Made by a program: the position numbers and the translations under genes. A DNA stretch of 64,000 bases, taken from NCBI RefSeq assembly GCF_036588685.1, contig NC_086377.1, forward strand, positions 43,586,001 through 43,650,000, given 5' to 3'. Shown piece after piece: positions 53,142 through 64,000 of this stretch; positions within the stretch are counted from its first letter, which is position 1, and each line of letters opens with the position of its first letter. The DNA comes from Mytilus trossulus. Taxonomy: Eukaryota. The notes below the pieces were generated by a model. That model made no database searches and was not told the DNA's origin. It was given only the letters and a program-made list of their open reading frames with translations.

Positions 53142-53900
53142 TCTATAATACTAAAATTACGAGGTCCAATTTGTCAGCCGTCATCACGTAAAAACGATGA
53201 ATCAGAGAATTCAACTTTATATATAACTAATATAGTACAATGCTGTTGGTTAAAAATTACACCACTCCAGACCCTTTTTGTTTTCCACATAATTAATATT
53301 GCCAATAATTAAGAAGTTCCGGGTCGAATCCGACACCGATACCAATAGTATATTCAGCTGTCACCTATTACCTAATCTGTACGTTCCGCATCTGACAGGC
53401 GCACCACCAAACGCTGTAATTAGAATTTTGCTATATACACGGGTCGTAATCACAGGGTTGACACTACTTAATTAAATCATTGTCACATTGTTCCCGATTG
53501 TAGTATTTTAATCAGTATGACTTTCTAAGATGACAATACGAATAATAAAAATCTGGACTTAAAATAAGGCGTATAGGTACAGCATGTACAGTTTTCAATT
53601 TGACGTAAAACAGCGAATCAAACAATTCAACTTTATATAACTCATAAAGGACAATGATGTTGTTTAAAAAAATACTCCTTTCCAGGCCCTTTTGTTTTCC
53701 AAATAAAATTAATGATACCAATAATTGATAAGTTCCAGGTCGACGGGTTCAAACAGAAAGATATTGAAAGCAGAGAAAACCGTGCATCTTATATTCGGCA
53801 TGACTTTATCAGATGACAATACTAATACTAAAATAAGGCTTTCGCATAGTTATATTCTTTAATTCAGTCACAAACCCGCGATATCACGGGTGTGTTCTAG
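53142..53900 (+). mobile_element. Non-autonomous Helitron (759 bp)
   Basis: 5' TC and 3' CTAG, inserted between A53141 and T53901 with no TSD. Subterminal hairpin ACCCGCGAT/ATCACGGGT 5 bp before CTAG. Internal duplication (~53190-53330 vs ~53605-53745). Confidence 0.88.
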
Positions 53901-54693
53901 TTATAATTATAAAGACAAACTAGATACATGCATCAAGTCGTAAAAGCCCTATTCATACTTAAAAATAAGAATTCAACTTTTCCTTCAATCATTCAATTCA
54001 GATAAATTGAAATACCAACATATTACCCCACTAAGTTGTTTTAAATTATAAATTTAATACATTTGAATGCATTAAGCAACTGACGTTGGTTACAAAACAT
54101 AATTAAAACAAGTACAATGTGTTCCTTTTAACAAAATAAGACATCATTATAAACGGTGAGTTGATTCTATTACCAAACTTATTTAATTATCCGCAAATTT
54201 AAAACTTATAACAGATGTAACGTGTAACAAAATTAATCATTAGCTGGCATGTAAATGTTAACACGGCTTACACAACACAAAGCATTTTTATTTAATACAT
54301 CTAAGCACAAATGTAACTTAACTATTAAAAAATAGTTTAATCAGTATAAATGCTACCCAAGTAAGCGATAAGATAAATTAATGAATCAAACTATTTGCAA
54401 GAAATAACTTTCAAATAAAATAAAATTATTCTTTTACAAATTACAGAAATAAAATTATTCGGAAAATTCAACTGAAATAACTAAATCTATCTATCAATAA
54501 AACATATGTCTTATATTATATCTAAATCAGCCTATCCCTTTTGTGTTCCTTCAGTTCAAATCACGCTATGAACAAATCACGAAAAGCATGCAATGTTATA
54601 CCAAATAAAAGCGGGAAAACCGCGTATGAAATTATATGGGTAAATAAAAGACGCTCAAGTCCTTAAAAATTGAAGACAAGTTAACTCTAGTTT

Positions 54694-55085
54694 CACTGGG
54701 GTAAAGCTGATGACCGTAACTGCATTCACGGTCATCCCAAGATGTCAGCTGAAAAAATAGGTCAGTATTTTTATTGTCTGTTAAGGTGTTTCTACATCAT
54801 TTTCTTTACAAAGCATACATTGGTACGATGTAAATTTATAAAAGATTCACACAGAAGTCACAAATCTCTACCTAGGAACGTGTATAGAACGGGAAATTGG
54901 ATTTGAAAAATTCGCTAAGATGATCGTAAATCATCTTTAAAATATTTTCAGGATGACCGTAACATATAATAAGGATGACCGTGATTGGTAAAATGATGAC
55001 CGTAATTTCGAAAGGATGACCGTAATTTATAAAGGATGACCGTAACTTTCATAGTATAACCGTCATTTCTAAGAAATATCCGTCT
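54694..55085 (+). repeat. Putative left end and subterminal GATGACCGT(AA) motif array of the P-like element
   Basis: Motif at 54709, inverted at 54728-54737, then at 54951, 54973, 54995, 55014 and 55034 plus 2 degenerate copies at ~20-bp spacing. Candidate terminus CACTG at 54694. Confidence 0.7.
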
Positions 55086-58000
55086 TTGCATTACCTTTTT
55101 TTGTAACAAATAATTAATCGTGTTAGTGTAAGACGTATCTATAAGACAACATTATCATAAAGGTAGAGAAAAATAAGACGTGCTTCAAATACATGGTTCG
55201 TCATATGAAACATCAAACTACAAGCCAAAAGATTTTTTTATTTCTGAGATTCCTATTAATCTTATATAATAAATACATCTTTTTAGAAATGACAAAAAAA
55301 GGCAATGGATGTACAGCCATTTATATCATGTCGTTTCAACTACCATTGCAGATGTCGTTTTTTTTATTTCAGATACGTACATGTGTTATCAATTTTCCAC
55401 TTGCAAGTTCACCTCATCTAATGTAGACAGCATTTTAATACACACTATAGACAATCATTTTGGTCCACAAACATTTAGTTTTAGGAAGAAAGTTTTGGAT
55501 GAAAACACTGGTCATACAGCATATAGGTCCGTACATTTCGGAATTGAAGTCACAAAACTTAAAATGATGTTAGCAAAAGGTTATAAGCCAAATATAAATT
55601 TAGAAGAACAAACCATATGTTTCAAAAGATGTTCCTCGACTTTGAAAGTGAGTGGCGATTATATCGAACAAGAGTGTCAAACTGAATTAAACAATGAACT
55701 TTATGATATATTGCCAAATATTGAAACAAAGCTAAAAGAGATTGGAAGATACGAGAACTTCATTTCAGTGTTGAAATCCATAGCTAGTGGAATATTAACT
55801 CAAAATATTGCTTTTCATTTGTTACTGGATGTCGGAAGATTCTATTCCCAGTCAACAATTTACTCGACAAGATATGTTCCAGAAACTCTGGCATTCTGGA
55901 TAACGATTAAGAAACTATTCAAGGGTAAAGGAGTTAACTTTTTTAGAGGTTATAAAGCACAAGATATATCCGCTGAAAACGCACCAGTCAAACCAACTGA
56001 ATGCAAAATAAATTTTGCTGTTCCATCAGATCCAGTATTGACAAGAGAATGTGTTAGTTTTCTGGCAGATGCCGAAAAAACTGGAATGTTACATACATCA
56101 CTAGATGCCTTCACAAAGAATAAAACTGGTCAAGATGTCAAACTGTCGATAGATGGTACAAAGTTGGCATGTGGTTTAGGTGTACTTGGTGATGAAGATT
56201 TGTGCGGGTTTGAAAATCCCCCAACTCTGTCTGACCGTAAAAGAAATCTTGAAATAGAACTTAACACTCTGAAAGAAGTAAAAGACATCACAGAAACAAA
56301 CTCAATAGATAACACGATAAATATTACTGATTTAGACAAGGACAATATTTTAACAATGAAACAAGCAATTCTTATATCGATCACAAACCTAAGCATCCGC
56401 ATTAAAGACTTGAGGGAGCTAATTGTGAAAAAGAAGTTAGGATTGACAAACCTGATGAAAGAAGTAGAAGGTGACTGGAAAGATAGTAAACTCGCACCAG
56501 CGATCAGTTTTTGCAAGACAAAAATTATTCACTCACAGTCAACAATAAAGGATCTGTTAAACTGTATTGACAATCTTGGCTTTATTGTTGCGTGCATTAA
56601 TGGCACCGCTGCAGACTATGTAATAGGATGTGGGACAAAAGTTCATCTAGATAATCAAACTAATTATATATGCTTGAAGCATCTTACAACAGACCTCGAG
56701 ATAAATGCCGAAACGTCAGACAGCATAAAACAAAGGAGTGATAACTGGAAAAACTTGAGAGCAGGTAGTCGAGTAACTGGTAGTACATTGTTCCGTGCTA
56801 TAGGATTGGGCACTCTGAAAGAACAACAAACACATTACGACAAAGTGTATCGTGGTGTTGAAGTTCCGGTGTCTTCAAAACTGCAGCAGCTTTTCGACTA
56901 TGGTACAGCCCAGGAAATAAATGCAATAGGAACACTAGTTGGGACGATCATACCTGTCTACTTTCCTCAGTTGCAATATAGGGAAGATGGTTGTAAGATT
57001 CTTCCGATTGGAGATTCATATGCCATAATCAGCGGTGATGGCAGTGGTATTGATCATATGGGTGAAAATAAAGTAGCATTTGAAATTAAATGTCCGATTC
57101 CAAATAAGGAAAGAACTACTGATTTACACTACGAGATACCCGTGTACTACTCAACTCAAGTTTTAAGTCAACTGAAAGCCAAACAAAGTTTAAAGTTTTG
57201 TTACTTGAGTTACAATCCAGGAAGCACAACCTTCATTGAAGGCATTATGAATGATGATTTATGGGGTAAGGTATGGGATTCTACTTCGGAACTGTATGGT
57301 AGAGTGGATGCAACAAGGCCTACGAGAAATAAACCAGAGCAGAAAGTGTTGCTAGCTGATCTGAAAGAGTATGCAACAGCATCTTAATTCGTTGCCGAGT
57401 TTCCTTCGTTGTTAAGCGTCCAGTGTAGTTGTGAGTCTACTGATGATTATGATAATGTATACGGATATCGTCGTTGAACACTTCTTTGGACACACTTTCA
57501 ATTGTAGTGGATAAAACGTGTACTGCGTTGAATGATGCCTACCAAACTTTGCGCAAGCCAGCAAAAGAGATTTTGCTGACTGTTGTTTCCGATCTTGAAC
57601 GCAAGACCTCTGATGATTTTGACACAGCAAACTATGCAGTTCCTATCCAATATGCTCTTTCTGGATACAGTCTTTCAATGTGTTGCGTTCGAAAATTACT
57701 AGACATGTCGTTGGTAGAATGTTCAAGTCGAAAATTAAATGTTAAGGCAATCGCCTTCGATGGGCAATTTCTTGAGTTGGCGGTTTCTGACGACTGTGGC
57801 CGACCTCTTACAATCTGTCGTTTTATGAAGCAGTTCTGGGATCAGGTAAAAAGGACCGACAAAGCTATTAAATTGACTACTTTATTGAACCTGAACAAGT
57901 TGCCGTCTATATCAACGTCTAAAGATCTGTTTGAACATTTTGATATTCATAAAACTCCAAACTCAATGATAACAATAAGTAAGAAAGAAAAAAGTAACAA

Positions 58001-60900
58001 AAACTCTATCTGGGAAGAATATCAGCAAAGCAATTCAGGCTTCACAGTCAAACGTCAAGAATGTCGAAACAGAAACTACATCAGATGATAACCTAAAGAC
58101 TGCCCACCTGGATATTTTGCAATACATTCCGAATGAGATTGTATCCGAATTGGATGAGTCCATGCTCGAAATTCTTAGACAACCATGTAAAGCTGTTACA
58201 GATGATGCAAATACCAATGAGCTATCACTGGCAAATGAAACTGACTACAAACCAGAGGATATTGACTTTGAAACGTTAATAATATCGCTGATTGCATCAT
58301 CAGATGAAGGGACAAAATGGATGCAAGTCTCGTTTGAATGTTTCAAGCAATGCTTTGCAAATGCAAAAACTATAAAAAAATCCTTTACATCAGCAGAATT
58401 GAAAGTAATTGCAGGTGTTACCGAGACTTTGGCGTTATATTCAAAGATGTTGAAACCAGCATTAGTAAACTTAGTGTGCAAGCTATATGGCGATGGGTCC
58501 AATATATCTTCTGTTAGAACAACCAATCCGAAATCACTAAAGGCACTCGTTATGTGCAAGATAAAGAAATGGCCAATTTCAGCAGTTAATGTTGCATTTG
58601 CACAATTAAACTTTCGAAGTGCACTAAATGAATGGGAAAGTGAAAACGCTTTTAATGGGTCATGGAATATGGAAACGGAAAATGGACAACAATATGAAAT
58701 TCATCGATGGTACGCACAACCGATGATAGCAAAGGGCCAAATGATCCAGCCTATTATAGATCCTCATCATCTGTTTGTCAATAATAGGGCAAGATGTTGT
58801 TCTAAAGGTATTTCTGGTATGGGAGTCAGCAGTGAAGCTTGGTGGAAAGTAGCTGGGAATTGCACAGAAAACGGCACAGGTCTATCATTGGAGATAGCTA
58901 AGGAACTTCGTGACAAACAAAAAAATTCTTATGCGCAGACCACTTTCAGCGAAAAAGTACAATTTGAAATGATGAAAAATGGAGATTATACAGAGGCTGA
59001 ATGGTGTAGACTGATTCGAAATTGGTATGCAGCTATCGATGAGGGTGGTATGTGTATAGAGAAACGTATTGAATGCTTACTAGCGATGAGGGATAAATTA
59101 CTGCCATATTTACATGTTGGTCACTTTCCGCCGCCAGGAGCATATGTAGCCTCTCTTCCAATGGCCCAGTTTGAAGGGATACTGAGCAATGTTGACAGGC
59201 GATTGCAGCTGTATGGAATGGTACAACGAGGAAGTTATAACCAAAGAGCTGTTACCAGCCTGGACTCAGAAACATTTTTTTCAGGGTTTCAGGTAAATAT
59301 GAAAAATATGTTTAACTGACATTACAAATTAAAATTCATGACCACTGCCATTGATCATACATCAAAAAATGAACAGAAAATATTGTTATGGACTATATAT
59401 ATGGCTAACTTTAATTATTGTGTACGATGATTTGAAATTGAGCCTTTGATCATGAGACATGAAAGCTTAAGCCAAGTTTGACGAATTCACTATTTTGGAT
59501 TATAGCTTGAAACTATTATAAATACATACTGTTCCATGTTTGATTGGTTAATATTAAAATGATCAGCGTACGGTTAGTATTTTGATAAGTGTAATGTATT
59601 GTGTAACCATTTTCTGAAGTCTTCAATAATTATAAATATCATATAAAAGTACTTCGTTATATTTAGATAATTGTTTTTAATGGACAACTTAATACAAAAT
59701 TAATTTTTTTAGGACTATGACCCAAAGGGGACTGGTGTGTTGAGACCAGATGATATACCAACAGCTTTAGGTGCAGCAGTGTGTTTGTTCAGTCAACGAA
59801 TGGATTCTAACAGGTGATTTAAACGCTATAATGTGCTCAGTTTTATCGTCAAATGCAGTTTTGTCTCATATATCTCAAAATATTCTCTGTTGATACAGAT
59901 TTATTTGACCATGCTTGTCGTTAATCTCTCTAAATGGTCAACTATTCAGTGCTTATTATGTACATTACTAGTATACTAAATATCATATTTGAATTATTTA
60001 AATTGTAAATTATAGGAAGATCTACTCTCAGGCATCTGATTGTCTTATTTTGATAGTTGTTGATGGTATTTTCAATACTATGAACACCATTCCCTGTCAT
60101 TATATTTAACATTTCATTGTAGAAAATTTTATATGAAGACGTCCAAGAAAACAAGAGTTTATCCAGAACAAAGTCTCAGTCAAAACTGTAGCGCCGATGG
60201 AGAAATGGAAGAAACTGAGTTGTACAACTGTTTCAATACTCGTATCATTAAAATAAAGTAAGTCAGGTATATGACAGATGTTATCCATTCGTTTGATTTT
60301 CTTGAGTTTCTGATTTTGCCATTTGATTAGAGACTTTCTGGTGTAGAAAACCGCAGAGATTTTTTGTAATTTTTCCTTTTACTACATTTCCGTATAAAAT
60401 ATCATGATGTTTTATGTATGACAATGTTTGAAGTTAAAACACACAATCGATGTCAAGTGCACAGTAATTTAATTGCAATGATATTCATAGGCAAAATTGA
60501 GAACTGAAAAGTCTTTAAGCTTTTGAACTTCATTAGTCATTAACAGAATTGTGTACAAGCGGATAACATTTTGTCATCTGTTGATCGGATTTACTTATTT
60601 TCTATTGAAATGGGTATTAATAATAATACTACCATTAAACTATATGCTTGATGTATTCGAATGAAATAATATTTATCCCTCAAATGTATGATGTTTTATG
60701 TATATTACAGATCAAACCAATTTGATCTCCCTGAAAGAAAAGCTGTTAATCCCAAAAGAAAATGTGGAAGAATTTCTTCATTTGGTGTCCCTAGTAGAGG
60801 TGCAGAAGGAGCACGATCTCACCACAAGACAAATGAGGAAAAGATATTAGCGCATAGACGATATGGAATTTCTGATGACAATATAGATTTAAAAAATTAA
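54742..60900 (+). pseudogene. P-element-like DDE transposase with inserted YqaJ (lambda-exonuclease) domain and N-terminal C2H2-like finger; 1 nonsense + 2 frameshifts
   Basis: Phase-compatible exons 54742-54760, 55373-59292, 59713-59813, 60123-60257 and 60711-60900 (4365 nt). P-like motifs in order: KLSIDG, KAIAFDG, IIDPHHL..NR, DKQK..AQTTFSEKV, CRLIRNWYAAID, TSLDSETFFS. YqaJ motifs: QRSDNW..R...VTGS, G...E, SGDG, EIKCP, YYSTQV.SQL. Lesions: TAA 57385, frameshifts at ~57456-57474 and ~57981-57993. Confidence 0.8.
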
Positions 60901-60998
60901 TTGCTGCTGTCCAATTGAATCTGTAATGAAAATGAAAAATAACCACACACATGTCAATTTCTTCATCTGTTATTTAATGCATTTTTTATGTACATTAT

Positions 60999-62528
60999 TT
61001 AATGTTTTTTTGTCATGTGTCTCTTATAATTGGATCTATATTTATATGAAATGTTACAGATTATACACACTAAACACTTGGCCATGTGTTCTGCTTGTTC
61101 ATGTCTTCTTAAAGATCTTTTATAAGAAAAGCTGGTGCCACACTCCTTGCACGCAAATTTCTGTTGTAAGTGTTTTGCCTTGATGTGTATCTGTAGGTCC
61201 TTATTGTGGACATAGTCCTTTCCACAATCCTTACACTTGTATTGCTTCTCCTGAAATAAATTAACCGAAAAATAGATTCAATATACAATGACAAATAAGA
61301 CAATAAATACAATGTGGTTTGTTGTCGAGCCTGCAATTGTTGTTGCAGAAAACTAGGTATAGGGATAGTGATCATGTGGCGGCTACTGCGGCATGAGCTC
61401 AATGTTTAAAAGTTATATATTTTAGAAGTTGGAAAACTCTGATGCTTCATACTTTGTATATAGATGCCTCATGTTACAACGTTATCGTCTGTCACATGTC
61501 CGTGCTCCTTGGCCTCATTTTCATGGTTTAGTGACTATTTTAAAAAAGAGTTAGGAATTTTTGTAATGTTAATTTTCTATCTTATTATGGGCAACAGGGT
61601 AACTATATTTGGTATGTGCGTACCTTGTAAGTCCCTCATACCCGCCAGACAGTTTTCACATGACATGGGCCTCATATTATGTATCAGTGAATAAGGTAAA
61701 GTTCAATATTTCAGATACAATAAGCTATATGTCTAGTATATTCGGTGTATGGAAGGACTGTAAGGTGTACATGTCTACTGGCAGGGGTCATAAGACCTTG
61801 ACCCCATTTTCATAAAATTTATTTGTTCAATGTGAGATTCAATTAATCATCTAAAGTTTACCTGCACATGATTCAAAACATGAGATCGAAACAAAGTCCT
61901 TGATACATATTTTTTAGGACACTGTGCACAACTGAAAGGAGGTTCCTCATGTTCTCTTTTCTTATGGACTCTTAGACCCTGCGTGGTTTGGTATGTTTTC
62001 CCACATTTGTCACATTGTTGAGTCGCTGAAATAACAAAATATTGATTTAAATTTTATATTTGTCATTAAAAATATTCTGGAGTAACCACTTATGCAATAC
62101 TGAAGAGTTATCAGTCACAATTTGAATATTTCGTATTCACAAAACCCTTGATTGGTTATACTATAAGTTATAAAGATGTCTACTGCCATCAAATAAATTA
62201 TATATTTCTTTTAACTCAGGATTGTTTTAACATTGAAGTGAACGGACGTTGACAACGACCTTGTTTACAGAAATGTTGAGAGTTCAATTTCAGTTTGTCT
62301 TTTACTTTTACTATATTTTATTGCTTTCTATGTAATGTATTGCACGATTGTTTGTTGTTTGCTCTACGTCCAGTGGGAACTATCTAAAGCATTATTCGGA
62401 CGAGTATTGTTATTTGACAGTTTCCAAATACATCTTACCAGTGACCGTTTTTTCCAAAGGGGTACTTGCACTCTGGGTTTCAGGGTCAAAATTAAGAATT
62501 GACCCGTCGTGACCTGATATATCCTTTC
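60999..62528 (-). CDS. C2H2 zinc-finger protein, 5 tandem fingers (5' exons unresolved)
   Basis: Exons 62439-62528, 61862-62025 (CDKCGKTY..LRVHKKREH; CAQCPKKY..FRSHVLNH) and 60999-61250 (CKDCGKDY..HIKAKH; CKECGTSF..HEQAEH; CIICNISY..HMTKKH*). GT-AG junctions, phases match, no stops. Not in the ORF track. Confidence 0.9.
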
Positions 62529-64000
62529 CTGTAATATATAAATGATAACTAAGTCATAGCTGCAACAATGTATATCAAGAAAAAGATAATCATGAGATTT
62601 TTAATAAAGTTCCAGATTTTTATTTTTCAACAATAGATTTATCATTTTTAACTTGGGATCAGAAACCTTAAAATTCTTATAACTTTCAGCCAAAAATTAA
62701 AAAAAAAAAGTAATTTGAATTGAAATTTTCCTTAGATGAATATTAAAAACAATCGATTCTGTTATTTAGTTTCATCGGAAATATCAATTATGGACTATGT
62801 TTTCTTAACAAACGAAACAAACAAAACAAAACAAAACTCAAGAATAATGAATAAAAAACAACATTTTAAGGTAGCCAGAGGGTCCTTCACTTACCATGTT
62901 GCAAATGTTATACCCTTGGACTACCTAAAGTACATTTCCTTATAAAATCCAGATGATATTAAATTATAGTCTGACTGAATAACACAGTTGTGTTCTGTTC
63001 AGGGGTGATGAAAGAATTTCTAGAAAAACACATATTTGAAAATTTAATAACTTTTTAGGTAATGGAACGATCATTTGATTCTGAGTTGAGTGCCAGGCCA
63101 GGTAGATTCGATCATGTCAAATTTTTATTAAGACAGTTTTACGGTTCAGAAAATATATTACAAATACTGCAAAACAATTCCAATTTTTACTGAAAAAGTA
63201 CACGGAGATATGAAACGATTAGCCTGAATTTTATTTTCAAATTTATCGAGGTTAGAAGAAATTTATGAAAAAGCTGTCAGCCCTACAACCACCAACCCCG
63301 ACCCCCTTTCCCCTGGAGTTTTACCAAGAAATGTACTTTTCAACAACAATAAAAAAACAAATAGAACATAACTCATAAACGAATCTGTCTCGGGCACTTT
63401 CACAATGACATGCATGAATCAAGGTTAATTTAATATCATATAGGTTGCCATATATGCATCTGCATATTTGCCAATAAACAGTATGTGATCACGAGTTTTA
63501 ATTGTATATACTTTCAAAAATGCAGATGGGCAACTTATTAATTTCTTATGCTAGTATTTAATTTTGTAGCTGTCTTAATTGTTGGAAAAGAGGGGCGAAA
63601 GATACCAGAGGAACATAGTGAAAACATATAATAGTCGTTATCTCGGGATCACATAACAGTTTTTAGTATATCTGCAGATGCGTATACATACTTCAACGTT
63701 TATGATACGACCCCGTCTAATAGAAAACCAACAGAGTGATTCAAAATTTTGCAATGACTCAAATCATGAAGTTTACATCATTAGACTCATAACAATTGAT
63801 AGCTAAAATAAAATTACTAAAATTAAGAGTTGATCATGTGTTCATAAGTGTAAGTGCCCAGACTATCTATATACCATCAATACTGTCCAACGATATATCC
63901 TTAAAAAGTAAAAATAATTCATTTAAATAGAACAAATTGTTAAAAAAAAAAGAAAGTCAATTGATTAGTTGTGATCCATTGCATGTTATTAACAACTTAA

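Noticed and set aside
55309-55372. ORF-track start MYSHLYHVV of the 692-aa ORF
   Set aside because: It overlaps a polypyrimidine tract and AG acceptor at 55372. A phase-matched upstream exon (54742-54760) explains the start better.
56725-57270. Phage/bacterial contamination or an endogenous virus as the source of the YqaJ gene
   Set aside because: The gene has four phase-consistent spliceosomal introns and host-like composition, and no viral core genes lie nearby.
62345-62405. TACGTCCAGTG as an alternative right terminus
   Set aside because: It lies in a ZF intron, looks like a short dispersed repeat, matches weakly and has no TSD.
62431-62443. CATCTTACCAGTG as the right TIR matching CACTGG at 54694
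   Set aside because: It is the GTAAG splice donor of a ZF exon. There is no TSD and no inverted GATGACCGT array nearby.
62895-62938. Further upstream ZF exon (AG...GTAAG, 44 bp)
   Set aside because: The required phase contains a TAA. It may be UTR or decayed, so it is left out of the CDS.

Overview
AT-rich, intron-containing animal DNA. The repeat families and protein architectures look like a bivalve, most like Mytilus (inference, not checked). Left and middle: two tandem paralogous minus-strand genes for WSC-domain, Thr-rich-stalk, single-pass membrane proteins (A 5697-16270; B 25635-38601, with an extra TSP1 exon), and a secreted FAMeT-domain + PAN/apple gene (43953-48119). Many mobile elements lie among them: a 5.4-kb TIR element with a 4-bp TSD, a 126-bp palindromic MITE with a 9-bp TSD, a TTAA-flanked Kolobok-like element, Penelope-like RT fragments, a decayed DIRS/Ngaro retrotransposon and a non-autonomous Helitron. 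The most interesting structure is at 54.7-63 kb. There a 5-exon, ~1,450-codon gene encodes a P-element-like DDE transposase with a YqaJ/lambda-exonuclease (PD-(D/E)xK) domain inserted between the first two putative catalytic aspartates. A GATGACCGT repeat array surrounds its start, and it lies tail-to-tail (98 bp between stop codons) with a spliced 5-finger C2H2 gene that the ORF track misses. This is a candidate two-gene, dual-nuclease DNA transposon whose right end is not visible in the window. All family assignments come from reading motifs by eye; no searches were run.
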